The notes under the pieces were generated by a model. The model had not been told where the DNA came from, ran no database searches, and was given only the letters and a program-made list of their open reading frames with translations. A stretch of 63,357 nucleotides of DNA, the filler included, from Octopus bimaculoides (lineage: Eukaryota), in the NCBI RefSeq assembly GCF_001194135.2. It is 7 parts of 7 records of this genome, joined end to end, with 100 filler letters (N's around TTAATTAATTAA, not from the genome) between each part and the next. Parts side by side here need not be neighbours in the genome. Positions count along the whole stretch, not along the records: positions 32,897 to 49,029 come from NC_068987.1; positions 49,130 to 55,708 come from NC_068997.1; 5 more parts are not named here. The stretch is one strand, 5' to 3'. A program made the position numbers and the translations under genes. This document shows, piece after piece, positions 38,340-50,175 of this stretch; position 1 is the stretch's first letter, and each line of letters opens with the position of its first letter.

Positions 38340-41265
38340 CAAGAGGTCATATAAAAAAGCCACTTTGCTTCCATGAGGCCCAAAGCTCAAAAGGAACTCA
38401 GCCACTTTGCTTCCTTGAAGCCCAACACTCGAAAGGAACTCAGACAATTTGCTTCCGTGAGACCCAATGCTTGAAAGGTGTTCTTTACGTGCCACCAGCA
38501 TGGGTGCATTTGGCTTGACAGGTCCTCTCAAGCACAGCAAATCTTCAAAGGTCTCATTCACTAGTCATTGCCTCTAAAAGGCTCAAAGTTTGAATATCAT
38601 GCTTCACCACCTCATCCCATGTCTTCCTGGGTCTACCTCTACCACAGGTTCCCTCCACAGTAAGAGATCAGCACTTTTTTTACACAGCTGTCCTCATCTA
38701 TGTGCATCACATGACCATACCAGCACAGTCATCTTTCTTGCACACTACATCTGATGCTTCTTATGCCTAACTTTTCTCTCAAAATGGTTACACTCTGTCG
38801 AACATGCACACTGACATTGCATACTGATTTCATTTCTTTCAAGCCTATGTATGTCCTTAGCTGTCACAGCCCATGTTTCACTGCCATGCATCAAACAATC
38901 TGCCTTTCATGCTGACTGAGAGGTCCTTTGTTGCCAACAGGAGTAGGAGCTCTCTGAACTTTGCCCAGCCTAATCTTAACAGCTACACTCTGGGAGCATC
39001 CACCTCCAGTATCAACTTGGTCACTGAAATAATGGAAGCTATCTACTACCTCTAGCTTGTCTCACTGGCAGTTGATGGAATCGATTTTCTGCACTTTTTC
39101 AGCGTTTATTGTACTTGTGCATCTTCCACATACCAAAATTAGTTACTCTGTTAACTTTCTTCTTATATTGCTGCACCTTTTATGTGTCCAAAGCTTACAC
39201 TGTGTGCATCTTATGGTGTTTCTACCCACACCTTTTCTACAGATTGAGCAGGGCCAGCTACCTGAAGGGATTTTTGATTTGTCTGCCTTCCTACTTACTA
39301 AGACTGGTTTTTTCTAGGTCAACTCCAGGGCCATTTGATTCGGGTGGTGATTCAGCCATAAGAGCAAGGTCATCAGCATAGAGGAGCTCTCAGGGGCAGC
39401 CTTTCTCAAATTCCTCTGCTATTACCTAGAAAACTATGATGAACAAGAGGGGGCTGAGCACCAATCCTTGGTGAACCCCTACTAGTACCCTGAATTCTTC
39501 GTTGTACTTATTGCCAGCGCTCACCTTACTGGTAGCTTCCCTGTACATAGCTTGTACAGCTCTCACCAACCACCTGTCTATCCCTAGTTTCTGCATTGAC
39601 CACCAAATAAGGGATTGGGGCTTTCTCCAAGTCAAAAATGGCTAAGTACAGAGCTATGTAGCTTTGGCTATGTATTTCTGTTGCAGCTGCCTTGCCAGAA
39701 ATATAGCATCAATGGTACTTCTCCTTGGCATCTCATCTCATCTAAGCTAACTCTCACCCTAACTCTGTAACTTTCATCACCTGATCCAGCAATTTGATAC
39801 CTCTGTAATTATTTCTTAGGCATCACTATTACCTTTGCAGCAATTGACTATAGTGTTGCTTCATCAGTCATTAGGTATGACTCCTTTGTGAACCACCTGA
39901 CTTACAATACGGGTGGCTAGACCATAACCCACACCACGGGCATCTCAGCAGTGATTTCTGAAAGGCCAGGGCCTTTTCTTGTCTTCATATCATGAATTGC
40001 TTTATCTACTATGGAACTGTTGATTCAGGTAGCTGGTCCCTCAGTTGGGTCAACATTTTACAGACTCTCCTCCTCCCACTCATTCTCTATGTTCAGCAGT
40101 CTTTCATAATAGCATTTCCAAGTCTCTTTCTTTGCAGAATCATTACATGCAAGTACACCATCATCCATACATAGACAAACTTCTTTTCTGCTTCTTCCTT
40201 GGCTTCTCTTCTGGCTATCTGATACCCTGCTACCCCTATTCTTCCAGGCATGTTTCTTAGCTCTAATGACCCTGTCCACCGCATCGTCCCACCACCAAAT
40301 TACTTTACGTCTGGATGGGACTTTGCACCAGCCACAGATTTGGTTTGTGGCATTCAGCAAGCTCTCCCTCAAGAATTCCCAGTTGCTCTCTATGTCATAA
40401 GTCTGTTGCTCCTCCCTTTCATCAAATTTCTCAATAAGGATGTCCCTAAATCTCTGACCATATGAAGTGTCCTTAAGCTTCCAAATCCTTCTTTTCCAGA
40501 TTGGTTTACTTCTTGGTATCTTTCTGGCCAGGAGTCTAAAGTCACTAATGACTAGTCAATGCTGGGGGGTACATTCTTCACTAGGGGGAGTCTTTGTATT
40601 TAGGAGCAACCATGCATCTCACTATCTGGTGAGAATGTAATTGATCTGGCTAGCACAGGCACCTGATTGGTAGATTATCAGGTGGTTGGCTGACTTCCTG
40701 AAGTTGGTGTTGCAAATAAAAAGGTTATTGGTATCACAGAACTCCAGTAGCCTTGTTCCCTCTTCATTTTGGGAGCCAAATCTATGACCCCTATGCACAC
40801 CATGGAAGATACCAGACTGCTATCCAACATGCCCATTAAAATCCCCAGCCATGAAGAGATCATTGTCACTCGTCTTCGAGATAGCCTGTGGAAGAATATA
40901 ATAAAACTGGTCTTTCTATTCATTTGGTAGGCCTGCTTGAGAGGCATAAGCAGAGATAATTGTCACTATACTGTCTTTTTGTAAGACTAGCCTAAGCTTA
41001 AGCACTATATCACCCACTCTAACTACCTCTATGACCTTATCCACCCATTTCTCTGCAAGATATGCTCATGCCACCTACCCATCACTACTACTTTCCTGGA
41101 AGATTTTATACCTATGTGTCTTGCCTGTGAGGAACCGGGCTGAAGCTCCTCTCCACTTACCACTTGGATGCAAATACATCAACATATCTCTGTTCAAGCA
41201 TCTCAACAATCTTGCTAGACCTACCTTTCAATGTGCCTACATAGATAGTGCAAACTCTGGAAACT
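38340..41265 (-). mobile_element. Near-full-length RTE LINE, decayed
   Basis: APE endonuclease (ISAYA, GDFNGHVG), RT (GVHQGLVLSPLLF, LLYADDLAL), C-terminus (WYGHV...GRGRPRKTWDEVV); 3'UTR with 42-bp repeats. Confidence 0.95.
38359..38478. repeat. 42-bp tandem repeat x ~3 in the RTE 3'UTR
   Basis: Units at 38359-38400, 38401-38442 and 38443-38478 (gccactttgcttcc...aaaggaactca). Confidence 0.9.
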
Positions 41266-41279
41266 GGGAAAGGGATGTG

Positions 41280-42373
41280 GGAGGGAACATGGGAAGGAGT
41301 GATGTTATTCAGCACCTGAAAAAAAAAGGTTTCTGTGATCGTTTGATAGCCCCCGAAACTATGGCTCTATCCATATTTGATGACAATGTTCCAACAGAGG
41401 TGAAAGCAAATATTACTCAAGTTATACTGGAAGCAAAAGTGAAGAAGAGAAAGAAGAAAAAATCAACTGAAGAGGTACATTCTGCACCAAAATGACTTTT
41501 CTTCTTTTACAAACATTGAGTTTTCATCTTTTGTAACTCCTGATACAAAAACTTCCTTCATGAGATTTTGTATCGGCATCAATTTACACGACAAAGACAA
41601 TTCAACATAGAAAGATGATACTAGTTACAAAAATGAACTTGAAAAACTTGCGAAGACAGTTGTTGTGAATGATGTTGAAGAAAGAGGTGTCAAACTCATT
41701 CAGGATTACAATAACATTCTTACAAAAGATGAAACTGAGAAACAATTTGTTTTACAGATCATTACTGAAAACCATAAAACATACCTAGCTGCCACCAAAT
41801 TCTCTCTTATGCAAAAATAATGTTCAATATTCACTGTTCAGTGTTCACATTTTGCTTTTGGTTCTATAGAAACTATTGTTGTAAATAAAAATGCATTTCT
41901 CTTATAGAAGTTGTGTGCTTTATTAAGAAAACCTAATATTTCTTAAGTTTTTCATCTTATTTCAGGAAATTTTCAAATTAGCTCTTGTTCAGAACATTTT
42001 TAAACATTTGTTGGGGTTACCTGGATGTGTCCACATAAATTTCTCTAAGAAGAAAAAAATAGTGGAGAAAGGGAACAGTATACCACTTTTGAAAAGAATT
42101 AATCATTGCATATAATATGTTCCAACTTCAAGGCGTTTGAGGGTCTGATTTTTTTTTTATTACCCATGTGGGCTAACATAGAGGGGAATATTTGAGGGTC
42201 GCCCAGCAATTGTTTGATTAAGCTGAAATTTTGCACATATATATATCTGTATATCTGTATATATATAAAAGAGAGGATGTTTGTGTGTGTGTGTACATGA
42301 ATGTGGTTTATGCACGTCCACAGATTAGCACGCATGTCGCTCCAATTTCAGGAGAAGATTCGGAATGACCCTA
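41280..42373 (+). mobile_element. 3' part of a DNA transposon, probably hAT superfamily (hATm-like)
   Basis: Reads ...PETMALSIFDDNV... and VVVNDVEERGVKLIQDYNNILTKDETEKQFVLQII; a possible TIR end gaatgacccta at 42363-42373 (TAGGG- on the minus strand). Subfamily assignment is from recalled motifs only. Confidence 0.55.
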
Positions 42374-43894
42374 TGTGCATTTTAGTGAACTTTCTCTCTC
42401 AGAGGTACCCGTGTATACCTGTAAAAATCGATAAACTGTTACCAATTTTGAAGTTTGTTGACATGGCGAAGTCAAATCTGTGCGTACGCGCATGAAGTAG
42501 AGAGAGAGAGAGAAATTGTATGGTTGTGAGAGGGAGGGTGAAGGAGAGTTACATTTTGTNNNNNNNNNNNNNNNNNNNNNNNNNNNNNNNNNNNNNNNNN
42601 NNNNNNNNNNNNNNNNNNNNNNNNNNNNNNNNNNNNNNNNNNNNNNNNNNNNNNNNNNNNNNNNNNNNNNNNNNNNNNNNNNNNNNNNNNNNNNNNNNNN
42701 NNNNNNNNNNNNNNNNNNNNNNNNNNNNNNNNNNNNNNNNNNNNNNNNNNNNNNNNNNNNNNNNNNNNNNNNNNNNNNNNNNNNNNNNNNNNNNNNNNNN
42801 NNNNNNNNNNNNNNNNNNNNNNNNNNNNNNNNNNNNNNNNNNNNNNNNNNNNNNNNNNNNNNNNNNNNNNNNNNNNNNNNNNNNNNNNNNNNNNNNNNNN
42901 NNNNNNNNNNNNNNNNNNNNNNNNNNNNNNNNNNNNNNNNNNNNNNNNNNNNNNNNNNNNNNNNNNNNNNNNNNNNNNNNNNNNNNNNNNNNNNNNNNNN
43001 NNNNNNNNNNNNNNNNNNNNNNNNNNNNNNNNNNNNNNNNNNNNNNNNNNNNNNNNNNNNNNNNNNNNNNNNNNNNNNNNNNNNNNNNNNNNNNNNNNNN
43101 NNNNNNNNNNNNNNNNNNNNNNNNNNNNNNNNNNNNNNNNNNNNNNNNNNNNNNNNNNNNNNNNNNNNNNNNNNNNNNNNNNNNNNNNNNNNNNNNNNNN
43201 NNNNNNNNNNNNNNNNNNNNNNNNNNNNNNNNNNNNNNNNNNNNNNNNNNNNNNNNNNNNNNNNNNNNNNNNNNNNNNNNNNNNNNNNNNNNNNNNNNNN
43301 NNNNNNNNNNNNNNNNNNNNNNNNNNNNNNNNNNNNNNNNNNNNNNNNNNNNNNNNNNNNNNNNNNNNNNNNNNNNNNNNNNNNNNNNNNNNNNNNNNNN
43401 NNNNNNNNNNNNNNNNNNNNNNNNNNNNNNNNNNNNNNNNNNNNNGCAAAACGCTAGAACAGGACAAAATGAGAAATATACAGAATAAAGAATTATCTAA
43501 GGCCTGCTGCAGTTTCGAACATTAACGTTTTACTTTCGTAACATCCGTGTTCTCATATATGTATATATACTTAAGACTTCGTTGTGATCTGAACAGAACC
43601 GCTTCTGACACAGAGAATCGGGAGCCCTTTTGGTCATTCTATTTTCCTTGCTGGAAGGGTTCCTAACCCATGAGCAACGAGGGGTTAGATGATGGCGGTG
43701 GTGTTTTCAAAGGGATGGCATGTATAACCTGATCACCTCTGCCGATCAAACTCTCAACCCATGCGCTCCAGTTGCAACACTGATTCCGCCCAAATTTGAC
43801 TTAGTTTGACTGATTCCGCCCAAGTTACTTAGTTTGGTTTGAAATAAAGAACTTGATTAGCTTAATAATTCCAACTTAATCCCGGGCTATACTG

Positions 43895-44230
43895 CTAGTA
43901 TATATATAGGATCAACTATAAATTTTAAACAACAATACGCTGTGCATCTCAATTCTTTTAGATATGAGAAACACAGTAAATCCACAACACTCACCAGTCA
44001 CATACATCATCTCAAAATAGAAATATTCCCTACATCTTGTCATGGTCCATAATAGATTCAGGGCTTCCATACCAAGGTCAATGCTCAGCCTGTAAGCTAT
44101 GCTTAAAAGAGGCATTCCCCATATTAAAATACAACTTTTCAATACTACTAAATAAATATAATGAGGCCCTAGGTACATGCAACCACTGCTTTTTCCATAC
44201 CTTCAAATTTTACCACAAATCTAAATGCAA
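43895..44230 (+). pseudogene. PLE GIY-YIG endonuclease fragment
   Basis: IYIGSTINFKQQYAVHLNSFR...STTLTSHIHHLK / SWSII...PY...CKLCLKE...LLNK, with one frameshift. Confidence 0.85.
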
Positions 44231-44339
44231 TCTAAATAATGACACAGTACATATCCCGAACACCACTTAGGTAATCTCCAACAACCCTATTTGACTTTCT
44301 ATTAATTTTTTAACTCTGAAATCTTATTTTAATTGCTTA

Positions 44340-44700
44340 ATACTATACATATGGACATGCATATGTGTACGTATGTGGATGATGTACATTTGTACATATG
44401 TGCATGCATGTGCCTGTGTGTATACATGTGTGCATGTATGCACGTTTATGTGCACATGTGTATGCATGTGTGCATGTATTTATGGGTATGCATGTGTATG
44501 TATATATGTGTGTATGTATGTATATGTATGTTTGTATATGTATGTGTATAAATGCATGCAATTGTGTGTATATGTATTTATATTATATGCATACAGGTTT
44601 AAATACACAAGTACACAGGCCTGTATAATAATGCATACACACATACACATATATGTAAATGTGTGTATGCAAATATCGATATACACTTTCTTTCTTTTTA
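44340..44700. repeat. Degenerate (TG/TATG)n low-complexity tract
   Basis: Direct reading; source of the CVCM/HTHI ORFs. Confidence 0.92.
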
Positions 44701-44737
44701 TTTGATTCCTCTACCCACACTATCACATTAGCCAGGT

Positions 44738-45475
44738 GCATGCTAACTGCGAGTTACCTACAAAATAATGCTGAATCTTACATCCTAGATAGCCAGTAAA
44801 ATTCCAAGTGGTGAACAAATAAAAGTCTACATGTCAGCTACTGCATATCCTCCCTCAATAATAAAAAAAAAACTAGACACTTTCTATTTAAATAAAAGCA
44901 ACAATAAGAACAACAGTGGTAATAGTAAGAATAAAAACAATAAACCTTACCCCAATCTTAGTAAAGGGAACACTCAGAACCATAATAACGCTATCAATCT
45001 TAATAGACCTTGCACTACCCCACTAGAAAGCAATTCCCCACCACAGCACAATCTATGTGACTGTAGGAATAGGGAGAATTGTACCCTCAGAAATACCTGT
45101 AGAATTAAGGACATAATTTATCAATGCACAGTCACAACACAGTTTAGTAAAATAAGTTACATAGGAGCTACCCAGAATGAAATGAAACATAGACTAGCTG
45201 CACACCAGCACTCTTTCAGAAATAGAAATAGGATTAACTCAACTGGATTAAGTAAGTATATTTGGGAACTCAAAGATAGTGATATTAGTTTCACGTTAGA
45301 ATGGGAGATCCTTGCCTCTGCACCTTCATACAATGTAAAAAACAGGAAATGTTATCTTTCCATCAATGAAATGTTTTTCATTCTAGCAGCATGACACCCA
45401 CTATTAAACTTGAGGGAAGAGTGAAGCCTAACTTGCCTGCACAAGGGGTGGTTTACCTTTGCTAAATATAAATAA
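44738..45475 (+). mobile_element. PLE fragment: Asn-rich linker + GIY-YIG endonuclease (ORF 44831-45394)
   Basis: CDCRNRENCTL...C...IIYQCTV...SYIGATQNEMKHRLAAHQHSF...STGLSKYIWELK...LEWEIL...PSY...KCYL; homology continues past the stop (LLNLREE...CLHK). Confidence 0.92.
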
Positions 45476-46442
45476 CATTAGAAACCCTTGTGCCACCCCT
45501 AAATAGCATCAAGAGCCCTTCACCATAGAAATAGTAGACCTTGGTATTAATTTGAAGATCATATATATACTCTTTAATTAAGTATATATATATATACTCT
45601 TTAATTAAGTATATGTATATATACTCTTTAATTAAGTATACTACTAACCAGTTAGTAGTACAAACCGGAGCCCTTGCAGATGTTCCTATAACAATACCCC
45701 AATCTCTTCACCAAAATTTCTGAGTTTAGATCCCATTCCCCACCCGTAACAACTACCTACATCTTATATTTATTAAGCCATTTCTCTTTAATAAAACCCA
45801 CCAACCCCCTTTAGAGAATGCCAGATATTTCAATCATGAACCTAATTGAGAACATAGTTATTTAACCCCAATGTTAAGACTCTTGGTAACTAATTCTAAT
45901 TTTAATTTAATTTTATTTTTATTTTCCTGTACCTTTTATACTATGGATGAGCTTGTTGGCACTTGTTTCAATTTGGACTTAATTTCTCTACCAGCATATT
46001 GGTCTACCTCCATTTAAGTAGACCCTACTAGTCCTACCCACTTAGGAACAACACTATCCCCCATAGAATTTAATATAATGAACTCAATACTACCTTTCCG
46101 CAATCTACATTGTAGAGATCTGTACTTAGACACTGCAGTAGCTGACTTCCTAAGAGATATTAGTACACTTGGGCATATTTTGTTTGACTGAAAGTGTAAT
46201 TAGGTGGTAGACCCAGTATGTTTGCACCCACGTAAGGGTTAATATAATTAATAAATTTATTGATAAGAACAATCTAACTTTTATGATACTATAATACATA
46301 TTAAGTAAGATTTAGTAAACTGTATTTAGTAAACATGGTAGTAATTAGCATGTGTTTTAATTTTAATTTTTAATTGCTTGAATGTTTGGGGTTTTGTGCT
46401 GTTACCCTTTTGTGTACCTATGGGGCAGAATTTACTTAGGAA

Positions 46443-46551
46443 CGTGTAAACTTTTACTTGTTCATCCATTATTGCCACCGCTTGCAATTTTACTGGCTAG
46501 CTAGGATGTAAGATTCAGCATTATTTTGTAGGTAACTCCCAATTAGCATGC
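46443..46551 (-). repeat. Inverted copy of 44738-44833
   Basis: 46481-46551 is the reverse complement of 44738-44808 with 4 mismatches in 71 nt; homology extends beyond an indel. Confidence 0.92.
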
Positions 46552-47604
46552 CCATCTTGTGCTAGTTGTTCTCCCCTTAACTATAAAAAAACTACAACTG
46601 TTTGACTAATAACATTTATCTTTTTATTTTATTTTTATTCATGCTATGTTGAGAAGTTGTAGAAAGCCATAAGTGGCCTGTTGCCACTTATATCAGTCTT
46701 CTCCCCAAACCCTTTATTTACTGGTTTGTTTTCTTCTTTGTTTACACATCTCCTGTAACAGTCTTAACTTCTGCCATTGGTTCAAATATATTTGACCAAT
46801 TGTAGAGATGGCTAGACTTTGGTCAATTCCATTGCAGACAACAGGTGACGGTCTCTATAATATTTCAGTAAGTACACTGTTATAAGAACACTACGGTTTT
46901 GTTTTTGGGTAAATATTAATTAACTCTATTTACGATATCATAAGCGCTATTCTTTTTCTAGACATATTGGTAATTCTTGTCTAATTTTAGAACTAGCTTC
47001 GTTTCACTACTATTCAAATACCCTGGTTTCCCTTTATATAGAAATAACCAGTAAATATTCCCCTAGACCACTGCTAGTTCATTCTTTTGCCTATCGACTT
47101 CAAGCTCCATGTTACAAGATGATATGATTTTAATATATTGAGCCTTCTGACCTCTTCTTGAGGCTCTGTTCTTTCCTCTTCCCTTTGTTCATCTTATTTT
47201 ACATATTTGTATTCACTCTGATGAAGCTCCATGTACTAGATCAAATGTGCTATGAAGATGATGAATATTATTTGTGGAATCTCTTTCATAAGAACCGACT
47301 AACAGTGGAAGTGGAAATGGCTGTAAGAAATGTTATGTCATGTTTTGTATTAAAAAATAATCAACCAATGTGGTTCAATTTGTTTGTATGATCAAAAGTT
47401 TTTTAGTTATATAAATTTGATTCCTGCTAAACTTTTGTTTATTCTGTTGTTATCTGTACCCAATGCACATAGCATGCCTACATACCCATGCCTAGGGTTA
47501 GTACAGTTAATTGATACTGATAGTAAATACGGATACTATTATCCCTTAGATGGTTATTACAGCCGCTAACTCTGCTTACCTTATATATACATACATTGCT
47601 GAGA

Positions 47605-47935
47605 TCCCCTTCAGTCATGACTGACCATGGGATTGCACCTAGAAAGTTACCCTCCGAGGCACAAGTCTGGGCAAGGTTGTTTATAGCAGACCAGCAGTCG
47701 CCCATGCATACCAACTTTCCTCTCCACTCTACCGATGTCATCCAAGGGAAAGGCAAAGGCTGATACAGCTTGGCACCAGTGATGTTGCAACTCATTTCTA
47801 CAGCTGAATGAACTGGAGCAACGTGAAATAAAGTATATTGCTCAAGAACACAACACACAGCCCAGTCCGAGATTTGAACTCACAACCTCACGATCGTAAG
47901 CTCGATGCTCTAACCACTGAGCCATGCGCCTTCAC
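47605..47935 (-). mobile_element. Full-length tRNA-derived SINE (same family as 31540-31870)
   Basis: Minus: gcgcatggctcagtggttagagcatcgagc...gagttcaaatctcgg...; collinear with the 31540 copy to the ggtcagtcatgactgaagggg tail. Confidence 0.93.
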
Positions 47936-48439
47936 ATAAACATACATATGTATTCATATATATATATATGTATATAGAGAGTAGTTTTGAAAGTGATGAA
48001 AATTCCAGAAGCTTCTTAAAGCCAACATTTACTGAATACCACCCTGCCAATAGTAAATTAATGTTGCTGGCTGATGTTGGTGAGTATGTCTGACCCTTCT
48101 GTAGTGGGTAGGATGGCGTTTAACCCCTTCCTATAAAACAAGGGGGCATGTATAATATCTACTAAGTCTTTACCCATTGCTATGCTGCCGGTAAAAATAT
48201 TTGTTAATCCATGCATGTACCTTCTTTTAATAGTAGACTGTTACATAGTGAAAGTATCATTAGTTACTATGGTGACATCACTCTGCCTGTGTATCTATCT
48301 TTCACATACACACTCTCTTACTTCACATCTTACTTCATGTCTTCCAATGTGCAAAGGCAGTGGATGGCCCGTCCAAGGGCAATATCAGCAGAGTGACTGC
48401 AGCAAATGTAAACAAAAACGCATGCATGCACATAGATCT

Positions 48440-48575
48440 GCCTGTTAAATTCTTCACAAGGCTTTAGTTATCTCAGATCTATTATAAAAAAAAGCACTTG
48501 CTCAAGATGTCCCACATTGGGATTGAACCTGAAATAATCTAGTTGGGAGTGAACTTCTTAACCATGCAGTCATAT
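48440..48575 (-). mobile_element. Degenerate SINE head (family of 6100-6207)
   Basis: cttcacaaggctttag...cacttgctcaagatgtcccacattgggattgaacctgaa...agttgggag is homologous to 6095-6200. Confidence 0.7.
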
Positions 48576-48790
48576 CTGATTGCACACACATGTACGTGCG
48601 TATTTTATCCTTCTCTCTCTTGTGAAAACAATCCCTTCAAAGGGGTGTAAAACGTCCAATGGTACAGCAGTTGGATACCACAGAAATAGGGGTATAAATA
48701 CAAATTACAAATGAGGAATTAGAGAAATAAAATTGACAATCTAACAATTTACTTACATAATATAATATAAGGTAAAATATAATATAATAG

Positions 48791-48915
48791 TTGATCAAAA
48801 TGCACACATCACCACTATTGGATCCGCGCACTCCCTTGTCCACCGATTTTCCATTATTATCGGTTGGCAACGGAGTGTGTGGATCTAGTGGTGGAGATGT
48901 GTGCATTTTGATCAA
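48791..48915. repeat. 125-bp palindromic (MITE-like) element
   Basis: Arms 48791-48847 and 48859-48915; the outer 20 bp are perfect (ttgatcaaaatgcacacatc), with two 3-nt indels and 5 mismatches internally. Confidence 0.88.
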
Positions 48916-48967
48916 AAGTAGTAAATATATTATAATGCAAATGAATTGTTGGATTGTCAATTGTATT

Positions 48968-49028
<61 letters not shown>

Positions 49029-49262
49029 TNNNNNNNNNNNNNNNNNNNNNNNNNNNNNNNNNNNNNNNNNNNNTTAATTAATTAANNNNNNNNNNNNNNN
49101 NNNNNNNNNNNNNNNNNNNNNNNNNNNNNTATATATATATATATATACACATACACACAAGCATATGTGAGTGTATGTGTGTGTCTATGTGTGTCTTTTT
49201 GAGTGTATGTATATATATATATATATTTACATATATTAAAAATATATGTGTCTGTCTGTGTG

Positions 49263-49296
<34 letters not shown>

Positions 49297-49599
49297 TGTA
49301 TGTACACCGACGGATGCTCCTAAACCGGTTATTAAGTATCCCACCCGCGAGGGATCGATTCTAGATGAGTCGAAACAATTGTAGTGATTAATAAATATTC
49401 TTCCGTCTCTCTCTCATTAATCAAATTTGTGTGTGTATGTGTGTGTGTGCCTGTGTGTGCGCATGCGTATATGTAAAACCGGTCTTCAGTCATCTTTAAA
49501 GAGATTGTACAGTGTGGGATAACCATTGTTGATATTTTCCAAGAATTACGAACTACTGCTCTAAATGAACTCCTTCGTTACTTCACATCTATCTATCTA

Positions 49600-50140
49600 T
49601 GTATTTATGTGTATGTATANNNNNNNNNNATGGCTCTGTGTCTATGTGTGTTTGTATGTATATGTGTACGTGTGTGTGAATGTGTCTCTGTGTGTATGTG
49701 TATGTGTATACATTTGGAGTATGGTTCTTTGTGTTTGTGTGTGTACATGTGTATGTTTGTATGTAAATGTATATGTATGTGTGTGTATTTGCGCATGCCT
49801 ATGTGTGTGCATGTGTATGTGACAATGGGAATATGGTTCTGTGTGTATGTATGTGTGTTTGTATGTATATGCGTATGTGTATATGTGTGTATATATGCGT
49901 CTGTGCATGTGTGTGTGTGTGTATCGATTGTTTGCGTTTGCATTGATTGTAAATTGAGTATTTATGGATTGTGCACGCTGCGTGTCTTGTAGATTGCAAT
50001 TTCGTATTGTCGCGCAAGTGTTGGTGCCTCACTTGGTGTAAGTATATATTTGCATATATATATGTGTGTGTGTGTATGTGTGTGTGTGTGTGCGTGTGCG
50101 TGCGTGCGTGCGTGCGTGTATGTATCTATGTGTGTGTGCG

Positions 50141-50172
<32 letters not shown>
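49600..50172. repeat. Degenerate (TG/TA)n low-complexity tract
   Basis: Direct reading. Confidence 0.92.

Positions 50173-50175
<3 letters not shown>

Noticed and set aside
38359-38478. Repeat array superficially like CRISPR
   Set aside because: Units are contiguous without unique spacers, lie in a LINE 3'UTR, and the genome is eukaryotic; no CRISPR array in the window.
46440-47150. Minus-strand region as PLE reverse transcriptase
   Set aside because: Only a YYRD-like tetrapeptide is seen and no collinear motif series; only the inverted-repeat homology is reported.
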